Source: Podarcis muralis (lineage: Eukaryota). From it: a stretch of 64,000 nt of DNA. Of the stretch, positions 34,121-46,763 are shown piece by piece. The notes under the pieces are model-generated. The model worked only from the letters and a program-made list of their open reading frames with translations. It made no database searches and was not told the origin of the DNA. The first letter of the stretch is position 1. Every line of letters begins with the position of its first letter. Location of the stretch: positions 9,362,001 to 9,426,000 of the forward strand of contig NC_135668.1 of assembly GCF_964188315.1 (NCBI RefSeq), written 5' to 3'. Position numbers and translations under genes: made by a program.

Positions 34121-34488
34121 CTTACCTGGAGAAGACTAAAGGGAAAGTCCTGGAGACAGATGCAGAGCAGGCTCATGTGGGCGGATTTGAGGAGGTGATG
34201 GTGACTGTTGGGGAAGAGAAACCTGAAGCTACTGAGGCAGAACCCATGCTAGAAGATGTGGCAGAGAATGAAAGCCTTCCCACCGAGCCACAACATGCTT
34301 ATGATGATCATGATGAAGAAGAGGAGGAGGAAGGGGACGGGGAAGAGGAGGAGGAGGAGATGGCAATGGCTGACCAAGATGAGGAACCTGCGTGTGAGAA
34401 GGATCATGAAAGCAAGGAAGCTGGAGAGCCAAACAACCTGGGAGACCCAGCAGTTATGAGAGCTGTGCGTGGCCAACGTACGTTGGAG
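34121..34488 (+). CDS. PATL2: PATL2 exon 3 (acidic region, LGDPAV motif)
   Basis: Glu-rich ORF ending NNLGDPAVMRAVRGQRTLE|gtaaga; the motif is shared by PATL1 and PATL2. Confidence 0.93.
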
Positions 34489-35032
34489 GTAAGATAGACT
34501 TAAGGTGTGTCACACAAGACTTCTCTTACAGTCTTGCCAATCTCTTCTGTTCATTTGGTTTTTGCAACCAAACGGGCAGTAGGTTTGGTAAAAGAGTTGG
34601 ATCGTATGACTTGGGGTCCCTAATATGGATAGGGTGAGCATGTGACGTTTAAGGTGTTTTGACAGCAGGTGTCAGCTGGGGCTGCTGATTAATGATCTAT
34701 GTAAAATATAAATTGCCCTTTGGGTGTCTTGTACTTTGAGAAAGCTGGATAACTTGAGGCCAGCAATATGGAGCCATTCTATCATTGTGACTTTTGTTAT
34801 GTAGGAATTTACTTAGTAATCCAGCCCAGCAGCTATAGAGGGCACCATTTTGAAAATGGATGGTGTTGTTTTCACTGCCGCATAGAATGAGCTTACATTC
34901 CAGGTGCATAAATCTGTGTCACAAAGAAGTAGTACAGCATGGCTGTCAACTTTTCCCTTTTCTTGTGAGGAATCCTATTTGGAATAAGGGAATTTCCCTT
35001 AAAAAATGGGAAACGTTGACAGCTATGTAGTA

Positions 35033-35257
35033 CAGTGGTACCTCGGGTTACGAACTTAATTCGTTCCGGAGGTCCGTTCTTAACCCAAAACCATTATTAA
35101 CCTGGGGCGTGCTTTCGCTAATGGGGCCTCCTGCTGCCTATGTGCCGCTGGCGCGCGATTTCCGTTCTCATCCTGGGGCAAAGTTCGCAACCCAAGGTAC
35201 TACTTCCGGGTTAGCCGAGTTTGTAACTCGAAGCGTTTGTAACCCGAGGTACCATTG
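35033..35257 (-). mobile_element. Tigger-like MITE
   Basis: Same family, opposite orientation. Confidence 0.88.
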
Positions 35258-36104
35258 TAGTTTTGCTATCAATTAATATACCACTTACATAGCAGCATGC
35301 AGTTAATCATAAAATCCATACGTAATTAAAATACACCATAAAACACATCCATTAAAGCATTAAACATCCATATTTAAAATAAATAAAAAACAAGCCCATT
35401 AGAAAATATGCATGTAAAAACAGCTGGATAAAAAAGTTCAAGTTCAGGGCACTGCTTACCTGCCTGAATAGGTGTGTCTTCAAGAGCCAGCAGAATGGCG
35501 GTACAAATCGAACCAGTCATATTTCTTCTCTAGCTTGAAGTGTTCTTGTTTCATTGGACGGAAGAGATAGCGATGGGGAAATGAGCTTTCTTGCCTGGCT
35601 CACAGCCAGATAACCCTCCCCATACTGAGAAACTAGAGTTCTGTCTTTTTGAAAGTCCAGCCTCCTGCAACTAGTATAAATTGCAGGTAAAAGTTAGATC
35701 TTTGTATATGCTCCTGATATGGCAAGATTTGGCTGCAAAGGGTAATAAGAACTTCAAGTCTTGCCTAAATCTACATTCCCTGGCCTCTGAAATCTTTGCA
35801 TATTTTTAGAAGTGCTCATAATTAAAGACTAGTCACTTTCTAGTTAAAAATGAGATGAGATGGGGATTTTCAGGCCTCACCAAGTCCCAACTTGCTTCAG
35901 TGGCACTCCCAGCCTTTCTCAACCTGTGGGTCCCCAGATGTTGTTGAACTACAACTCCCATCACCCCTAGCTAGCAAGGCCAGAGCTCAGGGATGGTGGG
36001 AGTTGTAGTCCAACAACATCTGGGGACCCACAGGTTGAGAACCGCTATGCAATATTTTAGATATTCTCTTTTAGTCTCATTTTTTTGTTTGTTTTGCTTT
36101 GCAG

Positions 36105-36173
36105 AGAGAAGATTCTGCTGTCCTAGACAGCAGAGTTGCCAACGACCTCTCAGATTATCCTACTGATTTCTTG
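36105..36173 (+). CDS. PATL2: PATL2 exon 4
   Basis: tttgcag|REDSAVLDSRVANDLSDYPTDFL|gtaaga, phase 0-0. Confidence 0.75.
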
Positions 36174-36249
36174 GTAAGACTGCTTTCTCCCCCCACCCCT
36201 TTAAGATACAGCCTATTGTACATTCATTTTATCAGTGTTTTCTGATACA

Positions 36250-36440
36250 TCAGCTGCAGCCATATTGGGATAGCAGGGCCACTGTAGTCCATGCACTTTT
36301 AACCTTAAGACCAGAGTGTGCTCTTGTGGGCCTGATCTGGAAACTCCAGGCAATGCAAAATGTGGCAGCTAGGCTGCTGGTGGGTGCAGACAAGTGACAG
36401 CATGTGACGCCTCTGCTAAAACATCTGTATTTTATTGGGT
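36250..36440 (+). mobile_element. Old L2 RT fragment
   Basis: Degenerate KLQAMQNVAARLL...HVTPLLKHL. Confidence 0.6.
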
Positions 36441-36716
36441 TGGGTTCATCCCTGAGCATCCTGGGTCCAGGATACCTTAGACTGCCTGAGCCCTGAGATC
36501 CAAGCTCAGCCACTGGGATAATCTGATAGAACACAGTTGGTTGTCCCTCTAGTTTTAGCAGCCCAGCTGGCTTCAACTGCGTCATGCTTATTGCAGTCCT
36601 TTCAATGTGCTGAAATTGGGTTTGAATTACTCAGTCATTATGATTAATCGTAATTGCTTGCTTTCTTCTTTTCCTTTCTCATTTTGCTTAATTTCATTGA
36701 ACGAATCTCTTTGATC

Positions 36717-37472
36717 CAGGGGTAGGCAACCTAAGGCCCAGGGGCCGGATGTGGCCCAATCACCTTCTCTTTTTTTAAAAAAAAATTCCAATAAAAACAG
36801 CCAATTAACATATCCATCAAATCATAATCATAATCCAATCATAACCCAATTAAAAACAATAAACTAAAATTTAAAAACTTATTACAGTCCAAATTATTTT
36901 TTAAAAAAATTCTGGGCCTCATAGTCTGGACCTCTGAAGTTATCTCCAATATCTTCGTTCCTGTCTTCTTCTTGTTGTTCCCATATTTTCCACATTCCGA
37001 TCTTAACGCTTTAAAGTTCTCCGTCCCTGGCTATGCGATTCTCAGTCGTGTCAGAAATCATATATCCTTTCATCCATCAAATACAGTTTTATTTGTGTAT
37101 ATATATTTTTTCAATTGTCTATTTGCCAGCACAGCTTTTCCAATCTTCGAATCCGGGCTGTTGTCCAAGTCTATCGTTTGAAGTTTAATGACGCAGCAAC
37201 TCCCCAGTTGCTAAATCCTTCCAATCCGGGCTGTTGTCCAAGCCTGTGGTTTGAAATTTGAAATTTTGGCCCAATCACCTTCTCAATCTGGTCCACGGAT
37301 GGTCAGCGTGTTTTTACATGAGCAAAATGTGTCCTTTTATTTAAAATGCATCTCTGGGTTATTTGTGGGGCATAGAAATTCGTTCATATTTTTTTCGAAA
37401 TATAATCCGGCTCACCACATGGTCTGAAGGACGGTGGACCGGCCCACGGCTGAAAAAGATTACTGACCTCTG
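36717..37472. mobile_element. hAT MITE split by a retro-insertion
   Basis: CAGGGGTAGGCAAC start; the family sequence resumes at 37267. Confidence 0.82.
36770..37266 (-). mobile_element. Unidentified poly(A)-tailed retro-insertion
   Basis: 18-bp TSD tggcccaatcaccttctc; sits inside a hAT MITE. Confidence 0.75.
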
Positions 37473-38327
37473 CAGTCTGATCCCTTTCAGACAGCTTCAA
37501 AACCTTCCATCTGGAATTCTACCCGGAGGAGAGTCCAGTCGCTGTCTATGATGGAGGTAAGGCTCATTCTACACCACTTTTCTGCCCAGCAAAGGGAATG
37601 ATAACAGCGCTTGCCCTGTCTTTACCACAGAAGCAGCTTAGGGTCAAGTCTGCTGTATCCAATGGCATCTTGCCTTGATCCTTTGGTGCACTCAACACTA
37701 ACGTCTCACAACAAATGCCAGTGATATGTAAGAAAGGTATGTACAACCTGAAAAAAAGAGACAAGGCATGTACTTCTGTAAACCAATAAAATAATTAATA
37801 AAAATAAATTTTAAAAAGAAAGAGAAACTAAAGACCAGCCTTTCTAAGGCTACAAGTTCTTGAAACCAATAAACCAATTAACTCCTGAACCATATCTCAC
37901 ACCTGTGTAAGCAATTAGGCTTCTCTGGTAGGTTTCTGGAACATTCTCCACTTCCAGTTAACAGAAGCTTACTCACACAAACAGTTTTCTGCAAAATTAA
38001 TGATCAGTCCCCCAACACTCCTGTCCCCCAAACACTTTAGGCCAATATCTGCATCCATATACAGTGTCACTTAAAATCTGAGTTGGGAGTCGCTTCAGAG
38101 CATGAACTGAGAGCAAACCAGAAATTCACCAAAAATAGAAATTTCTCTAGCTACCGAGACAGTGCAATGCGCTTCACCACAATATCCATGGGGGATTAAT
38201 TTTGGATTTAAAGATGAACCTACCAAATATGCTTCTTCTGTAACAATACATGAGCAAAGCACAATCGTCCATTGAAATTTAATTCTCTAACCATGTAGTT
38301 TGTACAAAACTCTATTTGCTAGGGTAG

Positions 38328-38359
<32 letters not shown>

Positions 38360-38741
38360 TATACATTACCCCACCCATCTGGCTGGGTTTCCCCAGCCAC
38401 TCTGGGTGGCTCCCAACAGAATGTTTAAAATGTGATAAAACATCAGACACTAGTGTGCATAAAAATGCATACATGAGTGAAACTAACATGCGAAAATTCA
38501 GTTATAATTAGGAAAATTGCTTTGTAAAAGTGTGTATATTGGCCTGAAAATGTATATTAGAAATTTGCATGAAAGCGCTGATGAATTTTCATGAAGATTT
38601 TCTAACAAGCAAATCGTGAACTGCTGCGGGAAGTGGAGAACTTAACACAGGAAAAAATGAGAAACCAAAATTGACAGATTTATCCCATCCCTAACCACCG
38701 TATAATTGTATTAAATATTACTGTTGCCTCTTATGCCTCAG

Positions 38742-38888
38742 GCGCTGGACAGGGCTACTATGTCCCGGGTCAACCTAGATCTTTTGGCCTCACCGGCGCA
38801 GAGAAGCTATCTAGACACATCTGGCCTGGAGCGTCCAGGCTTCCGTGGGAGAACTTTCAAGCCCTCTTCTCAGCGCTTCATGCGGCAG
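38742..38888 (+). CDS. PATL2: PATL2 exon 5
   Basis: cctcag|ALDRATMSRVNLDLLASPAQRSYLD...QRFMRQ|gtaaac, phase 0-0. Confidence 0.72.
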
Positions 38889-39110
38889 GTAAACTGGATT
38901 CATCACCTGGCCCTGTCTCACTTCCGCCCCCCGATCCTCAAACCCTCAATCTTGCTACTGTCATTCTGTGCTACGCAGAGCTAATTTTCCAATTGCTTGT
39001 GTTAGAACGACAAAACAGTTGTCTGGGTTTACTAGTCTGGAGTAACCGTTCTATACAGTATGCAGAACATGCACCTAATGCCTGGGGATACCTGAGCTGC
39101 TGTGGATATG

Positions 39111-39549
39111 CCTGCCCTGTGGAACAACCTCCCGTCAGGTGCCAAAGAAACAGCTATCAGACATTTAGAAGACACCTAAAAGCAGCCCTGTATAGGGAAG
39201 TTTTTAATGTTTGATGGTTTACTGTGTTTGATGTTATGCCGTGTTTTTCGCTCTATAAGACGCACCAGACCATAAGACGCACCTAGTTTTTGGAGAAGGA
39301 AAACAAGAAGAAAAAAATTCTGAATCTCAGAAGCCAGAACAGCAAGAGGGATCACTGCGCAGTGAAAGCAGCGATCCCTCTTGCTGTTCTGGCTTCTGGG
39401 ATAGCTGCGCAGCCTGCATTTGCTCCAAAAGACGCACACACATTTCCCCTTACTTTTTAGGAGGGAAAAAGTGAGTCTTATAGAGCAAAAAATACGGTAA
39501 TTTGTTGGAAGCTGCCCAGAGTGGCTGGGGCAACCCAGTCAGATGAATA

Positions 39550-39606
<57 letters not shown>

Positions 39607-39620
39607 TAATAATAATAAAT
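39111..39620 (+). mobile_element. L2 3' fragment with nested Tc2-like MITE and (AAT)n tail
   Basis: L2 sequence resumes after the MITE at 39498. Confidence 0.8.
39239..39497 (+). mobile_element. Tc2-like MITE
   Basis: Same TIR; nested in L2. Confidence 0.88.
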
Positions 39621-39659
39621 AAAAAAATTTTTTTAATTGTCTTTGCTACTGTCTCACAG

Positions 39660-39746
39660 CAATCTCCCACAATGTCTGGCTCTATGAGATCGCCTTACCA
39701 GTTCACTCCACCCCGCAGAACACGGCGTGTACTTGGCCTTAATCAG
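39660..39746 (+). CDS. PATL2: PATL2 exon 6
   Basis: tcacag|QSPTMSGSMRSPYQFTPPRRTRRVLGLNQ|gtaatg, phase 0-0. Confidence 0.72.
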
Positions 39747-40720
39747 GTAATGTCATGTGTCATGTCGCCTTTGTTGGTTGCCAAGTTTTACCAGGTCAAT
39801 TTCAAGGTATTACTATTGATAAAGAAAGCCTTGATTGGCTTGGGACCAGTTTACTGGTGGGGGTTACCTTAGACAATATGTGCTTACTTGTTCACTTTGA
39901 TCTACAGAACTTTCACTGTTATAGGTGACATATATTAATTGTTCCACAATTGTAAAAAAGAAAAAGGGGTATTTCAGTGTGGCAGCACCTACACTTTGAA
40001 ACTCCCAGCTTATTGGCACCTGTTTAAAACTCTTTGTTTAGGCAAACCTATCCAGATGCATAGATGTTGATGTGTTTTAATCTACCGTATTTTACTATTA
40101 TAATCATGTGTTTAACTGCTGTTTATTGATTTTTCATTTTTTTAAAAAAAATATTCCTTGTAAATGGCTTTAGAGTTCTACAACAGTCCAGTGGCATATG
40201 AATTTTGTTAAATAGATAAAAATAAATGTGTAGCTCTCACACATTCCGTTCTCACAGAAAGCTGTTCCAGCTGCACTTCCTCTTTTAAGTTTAGATGTGC
40301 CATGACTTGTGATTTCCTTTTACACAACCCAAGGCACAAGATTGCAGTTAGTATATAATACTAATGGACATCTCATTTCTGAATGCTGACCCAGATGTAA
40401 CCGAAACATCACTACCCACCCATAAGAAGGGCAATGTTGGTGGACTTTGCAAGGGATCCCAAGGTTTGCAGAAAGAAATATTTAGAAAAAACCCTGGGGT
40501 TGGGGAAAACTCAAAATGTGACAGTGAAGGCTGAGCATGCCCACTGACAATGGAATGCTGGCTCGGGGCGAGGGATGGAATGGAGTATCCTGGAACAGGC
40601 CATCAGCAGGAGTATCCCACAGGGCAAACATTTTGTTGCAGGTCCCACTTGTTTTCTTTTCTTTTCAAATCATCTTTATTAGTTTTTCAATTAGATACTC
40701 CACATACAGATAATGTATTA

Positions 40721-40972
40721 CCGTATTTTTTGCTCTATAAGACTCACTTTTTCCCTCCTAAAAAGTAAGGGGAAATGTGTGTGCGTCTTATGGAGCGAAA
40801 GCAGGCTGCCCAGCTATCCCAGAAGCCAGAACAGCAAGAGGGATCGCTGTGCAGCAATCCCTCTTGTTGTTCTGGCTTCTGAGATTCAGAATGTTATTTT
40901 TTTCTTGTTTTCCTCCTCCAAAAACTAGGTGAGTCTTATGGTCTGGTGCATCTTATAGAGCGAAAAATACGG
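40721..40972 (-). mobile_element. Tc2-like MITE
   Basis: Same TIR, TA TSD. Confidence 0.88.
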
Positions 40973-41114
40973 TAAATTTTACATTTATACTTGCTCTTCA
41001 GAGCTGACTTCCCTCCTTCCTTCTTCTGGTTTTTTATATTGCAAATAATTTTATCGCATTATTTTCTTCCATTTTGTATATTGTTATTCATTTTCCATAT
41101 TTGTCCATAGTATA

Positions 41115-41469
41115 AGGTAAAGGTAAAGGGACCCCTGACCATTAGGTCCAGTCGTGGTCGACTCTGGGGTTGCGGCGCTCATCTCGCTTTATTGGCCGAG
41201 GGAGCCGGCGTACAGCTTCCGGGTCATATGGCCAGCATGACTAAGCTGCTTCTGGCGAACCAGAACAGCACACAGAAATGCCATTTACCTTCCCGCCAGA
41301 GCAGTACCTATTTATCTACTTGCACTTTGACATGCTTTTGAACTGCTAGGTTGGCAGGAGCAGGGACTGAGCAACGGGAGCTCACCCCTTTGCGGGGATT
41401 CGAACCGCTGACCTTCTGATCAGCAAGTCCTAGGCTCTGTGGTTTAACCCACAGCTCCACCCGCATCCC
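41115..41469 (-). mobile_element. Sauria SINE, full length
   Basis: AAAGGT tail on +; 14-bp TSD ttgtccatagtata. Confidence 0.92.
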
Positions 41470-42753
41470 TTGTCCATAGTATATCCATAAACAAATAAGT
41501 CCTCGTGTTTATACAATTCTTGTTGTCTGTATTCATTTACAACTACTGTTAGTTATATTAGTTTCCTTGTTTTCACCTGAGAGAGCGAAGTACAGGTTTC
41601 TTTGACCAAATGCTGCCTCGCTCCAAACGTTTGTCTCAAACCGTATCAAGAGGTTTCAAAGTAATTGGCAAATAATTCTTGGCATTCGGAGCAGCCCTGT
41701 GCTATCTCTCGCCGACAGGGGGACACTTTACATTCAATGGGAGATGGGAGTCCCCACTTACTATTATTATTATTATTACTACTGCAGAGAATGGTTTTTT
41801 GATGGCAGAGGGCATGACAAGTCCTCAAGGGTTTTAAAAGGAAGGGTTACGGAAAGCTGATCAGGAGAGGGTTGGTTGCTAATCCTCTACTGCGTATAGG
41901 AGGGAATTCCTCCTGAACGGGATTTAACAGTTCAAGCGTAGGTTTTGGAAAGTCAGAATTCACAACTTGTTTCCTGTGTGTCCTGACCAGGCAGGGGTAC
42001 ACATACCCCTAAACATTTTGTGAATCTTTGTGATTTTGTCCATTTACTGTATTTATTTTTCCTGATCTGAACTATAAAATGGTGGTTTTCTTGAGTCAAA
42101 ATGGGAGTACCCCTAAACATTTTTTTTAAAGAAAAAAAAGCACTAGTTAAGAATATATAGATATTTAACTGTAAAGTATCAAGCTAAACCTTAGATATGC
42201 ATGCAACGTATACCTTTTTTTGGTCTCCAAGTAAGAGCAAGTTATTTGCTTGCAGCACTCCTTCTTCCACTAGCTGCTATTAGGATGCAAAGTAGAGAGA
42301 ATAGAGGACTAGAATGCCCCCAAGTGGTTAGATGTGGCTGGGAATCTGCATTTTCTCAATCGCCAGTTATAGTTGCCTATCTGAAACCACCAGAAGTTGC
42401 TTCATGAGCACTGTTAAGAGGTGCCACATAATATTTGTTCTGCATCTGTAAGAGAAAGATCTCCCTGCCTGTTGACATCAGGTTGGCACCTTCACTGTAC
42501 TTTTTTCCAGCTCCTGCTAAAAACACTTTTGTTTAGGCAAGCCTAGCCTGACATGTAGAATATTAACACATTTGTTTTTAGTTTCTCGCTGTTTTTACAT
42601 TTTTAAATGTTTTAAATAGTTGGGGTTTTTTACCAATAGTTTTATTATTTTGGTTTTTTGGTTCAACTGCTTTGACATTTTTTTACAATCAAGGGAAATA
42701 TCAAACTTAATAATAATAAAAATTAAATCTCCTTTCCTCCCTCTTCTCTCCAG

Positions 42754-42884
42754 ACATCTGCCTATGCGTCTCCACCTCCATACAGGCCCTTTTTCCCAAA
42801 TGTCAATAGCCCAAGCTGGGCTATGGCCCATAATCTTGATCCTCCACTCTTCAGTCCAACATCTGGCAACCAGCAGAAGTTCAG
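42754..42884 (+). CDS. PATL2: PATL2 exon 7
   Basis: Long pyrimidine tract; TSAYASPPPYRPFFPNVNSP...DPPLFSPTSGNQQKF; phase 0-2. Confidence 0.85.
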
Positions 42885-43063
42885 GTACAGAAAGCATGGG
42901 TGAGATCACCTTGTGTTTGAGAGGATGCAGCCCTTTCAGGAGTCCATCTCCATCTGCGGTTTAGTATGTGGGATTAGAGTTGTGACAGGGTTATTTTGAC
43001 TAGTTTGGAGAACTATAATCACAAGAGTTTCTTGGCATGCTCATGGATCCCTGCTATGACACC

Positions 43064-43372
43064 TGATTGATTGATTGATTGATTGATTGTCGGCATCTGT
43101 GTGTCTCAAGAGACAATGGAGTTCACCTCCAGGTGCAAAGTCAAACCACTGCGTTAGCAGCCCCAAAGTGACCTCTCTGGGACGCAAGCCTGGACAACTG
43201 GGTATGGAGGTCCTGGGCCACCCAGATGGCAAGACGCCCCTCTTGGGCTTGCTGATGGGGTCCAAAGGAAAGCAGAGCAATACGTTTGGCACCAGCTTGG
43301 CTGCAGGAGTTGCCGGAAGGAGGCTTACAAGGTGCCATCCAGCCGTCTTAGGGACTCCACTCTGAACTTGTG
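43064..43372 (-). mobile_element. Interspersed repeat ending in (AATC)n (Vingi/RTE-like 3' end, tentative)
   Basis: A second, deleted copy lies in the opposite orientation at about 13560-13712. Confidence 0.55.
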
Positions 43373-44052
43373 TATTTATTATTACGGTCACAGACCAGTT
43401 GCGGCTCACTTACAATATCAGAAAAATCATAAAACGCAACAGGAATACATTGAATTGCAATTGGGTTTAACAGAGACAATTCAGATATAACAGCAGTTAA
43501 AAATATACATTAAACCTTGATCACTAAAATATAACCTAAAATTGAGCACTCTGAATTTGTGTAGGGCTTTTTCCTTAGCCTTTTCTTCTCCTGAAGATAC
43601 CCTGCAAGGCAGCGGAGGTTTAGGATCAGAGTTTTCCTTCTAGATGGGCTACCTTCCAAGGTGATTGAGCCCCACCTGCCCCTCACTTCCCTCCAGGGCG
43701 CAGGCAGATACCTCCTCCTTGACTACTGCTCAAAAGGCTTTCTAGAAATCCCTGGTTCAGCACAGACTACAGATTTGGAGTGTTGATTGTGATCTGCAGG
43801 CTCTGTTTGTCATCTGTTAATTCAAATAATATTTGGGGGGAAGAGGACAGCCAGCAAATAAGTTTGATCAGGGTTGTTGCCTGTAATTGAGACTTAACTT
43901 TGGAGTAGGGAACTTGGCATGCAGGCTAACCTGTTGAATATTTGAGAACTGTGGGCAAGATAAGTTGTTGACAAAAGATTTATTCTGTACTTGCAATTTG
44001 GGATGAGGAGAAAATCAATTCAGTTACCATTTAAAGGTGACTTGCTTTAAGT

Positions 44053-44412
44053 CAGGGGCGGAGGAAGGGCGGTGCAGGGGGGCGGGCTGTCCCGGGTGTC
44101 ACCACTGAGGGGGTGACAAAATGCCAGGCAGCACTCACACGGGGCCTGCATTGCGCCCGAGCCATGCGTCTCTCCTGGAAATGACACAGTGGCTTGGGCG
44201 CCCGCAGGCTCCACGCTGCCCCAAACTGTCTGCCTGCTTCCCCCCCCCCCCCAGCTGTAGGGTGGCTGAGTGGGAGGAGGCAGGCAGACTCCTTGGACGC
44301 CCCACAGAGCATCCTGCCCCAGCTGGCACCACCCACGTGGGCAGCTGGCACCGCTCCTGGACGCAGGGCACACACACCACCCCAGGCGTCCAATCAGCTT
44401 GCTCCACCACTG
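44053..44412. mobile_element. GC-rich hAT MITE
   Basis: TIR CAGGGGCGGAG / CTCCACCACTG; TSD ctttaagt. Confidence 0.82.
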
Positions 44413-44658
44413 CTTTAAGTCACACTTTCTGCCACAATATGAAAACAGTTCTCAGTTTTTCAAACTAGTTCTGCAGCCAAGTAATGTGCACAGAAGAATG
44501 TATACTGAGATAAAGTGCACATAAAAATAGCACGTTAGTACTGTAGTAACAAACACACTATATTAGGGGAAGTTGCTTTGCAAAAATGTATTCAAAAGGT
44601 CCTAAAAGCATGGGAGACAGATCCTGGTACCTCACCTTTGTCCTCTGTTTTATTACAG

Positions 44659-44736
44659 TGCTCCCAGTGCCATGACGCAACTTCACCCCCTGCATCAACG
44701 GATCCTGACCCAAAGACAACGAGGGCAAGAAAGGAG
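44659..44736 (+). CDS. PATL2: PATL2 exon 8
   Basis: APSAMTQLHPLHQRILTQRQ (PATL family TQLHPxHQRIL motif); donor gtaagt. Confidence 0.92.
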
Positions 44737-45086
44737 GTAAGTGAGGGCAAATGAAGACAACTTAATAGGAACATTGCTACAATCTTTATGTATTTATTTA
44801 TTACATTTATATACCACCTTTTTTTCTCCAAGGAGCTCAAAGTGGCATGCACACTTCTCCCCCTTCTCCATTTTATCCTCACAAGAACCCTGTGAGGTAG
44901 GTTACACGAAGAGGCAATGACTGGCGCAAGGTCACCCAGTGAACTTCAAGGCTGATTTGAACCCTGCTCTCCCAGGTCCTAGTCTATCACTCTTAACCAC
45001 TGCACCCTGCTGGCCCTCATGGGATCGTTTGGTGACTCAGTACAGTAGCTATTATAATGGCTAAATTAACTTGTTATATGAAGGAA

Positions 45087-45436
45087 AGTAAAGGTAAAGG
45101 GACCCCTGACCATTATGTCCAGTCATGGCCGACTCTGGGGTTGCGGTGCTCATCTCACTTTATTGGCCGAGGGAGCCGGCGTACAGCTTCCGGGTCATGT
45201 GGCATGACTAAGCCGCTTCTGGAGAACCAGAACAGCACACGGAAACGCCATTTACCTTCCCTCCGGAGCGGTACCTATTTATCTACTTGCACTTTGACGT
45301 GCTTTGGAACTGCTAGGTTGGCAGGAGCAGGGACCGAGCAACGGGAGCTCACCCCATCGCGGGGATTCGAACCCCCGACCTTCTGATCGGCAAGTCCTAG
45401 GCTCTGTGGTTTAACCCACAGCGCCACCCGCGTCCC
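45087..45436 (-). mobile_element. Sauria SINE, full length
   Basis: TSD atgaaggaa. Confidence 0.92.
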
Positions 45437-46300
45437 ATGAAGGAACGTAATACACATCATATTTTTGTGTTAAAATGGATTAAGCTTGTGGATTACTGTA
45501 GATAATGTTGGCTATTTTCTGAGGGCTAGTTACAGATTTTCATTGTTTTGATGCGCATTGGAGATCATTTAGTGTTTTTCTTTTCTCCTCTCCTCCCCCC
45601 CACCCCAAACTTTTTGGTACGGTATGGAATATTGAATGAAATAACTAAACTGGAAAAATACAATGAAAGCACCAACTTCATTCAGACTTCTAAAACTTAG
45701 ACAAGCTTCTATTCTGAATTATTGAAGGTATTCAAGTTCGGTGCTGTTACCCTAGATGAGACTGCCAGTTTTCATTTCTTAGTGCAGAAAGTATGGATCT
45801 GATGTGTAGAGATTTTTCCTATTCTGATTAGTTCAGGAGGATTCTGTAAGGTTTATTTCTATATGAGAGAAACAGAAAGAAGGTTTCAGATGTTTTGCTT
45901 ATTTCTCTGGGAAGCTGATTATAGCTGGTTTAAACTGGTTCTGTTATGTTTCTTTCAAGGCCGTGCAGACTATAATAATAAGGCCAGGAGGAGCCCGACT
46001 CTCACTTTCTCTTTCTCTTTGTTCTGGTGGTCTGTTCTGTATGCTGTTAAGGTTTAAGTCTTATTATAAAGTTTGTAAGTTTTATTTTAAGTGCTGCAAC
46101 TGGATTTTTATGAACTGTGCCAATCCTGATTGTATTGGATTGGTGACCATTATGCTCATTTGCCTTCAGCAGCACTAAAGCTCTGCTGGATGAAGTACAA
46201 TTGCCTCTGGTCTATTTTTCGGAAACTCTGCTTCGTGTTTAGGTTTTCTTACTCCTGACGTGACAGAGCCCTTTTTAAAAGCAGTTCAGAAGAAAGAATA

Positions 46301-46533
46301 CAGTCGTACCTTCGTTTTCAAACAGCTTAGTTCTCAAAACATTTTGGCTCCCAAACGCCGCAAACCCGGGAGTGAGTGTTCTGGTTTGTGAACTATTTCT
46401 GGTAGCCGAACATCCAACGGGGCTTCCGATTGGCTTTCAAGAGCTTCCTGCAGCCAATCAGAAGCCGCGCTTTGGTTTTGGAAGTCGAACGGACTTCCGG
46501 AACAGATTCCTTTTGACTTCCAAGGTACGACTG
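46301..46533. mobile_element. Second Tigger-like MITE family
   Basis: TIR CAGTCGTACCTT, TA TSD; related partial copies at 49337-49573 and about 17845-18057. Confidence 0.82.
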
Positions 46534-46615
46534 TATGTGACCGCAGCAAGGCATTGGTGGTATTCTGAACCAGTGCAGAAGCCTTTTCGTAAGCGAATTT
46601 CTTCTTCTCTTAAAG

Positions 46616-46757
46616 AATTCCCCGTATGAAGCGCCAGCCGCCGAAGGAGGATCCCTATGCTGTGCTCATGACTCCGCTAGAAAAGGAGTGGGTGATAAAG
46701 GTGCAGATGTTGCAGCTTCAGAGTGACAACCTTCACAGGGATGACTATTATTACCAG
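46616..46757 (+). CDS. PATL2: PATL2 exon 9
   Basis: [36 protein letters not shown], a conserved Pat1 mid-domain motif; donor gtgagt. Confidence 0.96.
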
Positions 46758-46763
46758 GTGAGT

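Larger units (their letters stand above)
40645..41560 (-). mobile_element. Probable L1/Tx1 3' end with nested MITE and Sauria SINE
   Basis: T-rich tail with tttatt at the left; sequence continues around the two insertions. The family assignment is tentative. Confidence 0.4.

Noticed and set aside
37150-37243. Spaced direct repeats resembling a CRISPR unit
   Set aside because: Only two copies, inside a retro-insertion in a vertebrate genome; no array and no cas genes.
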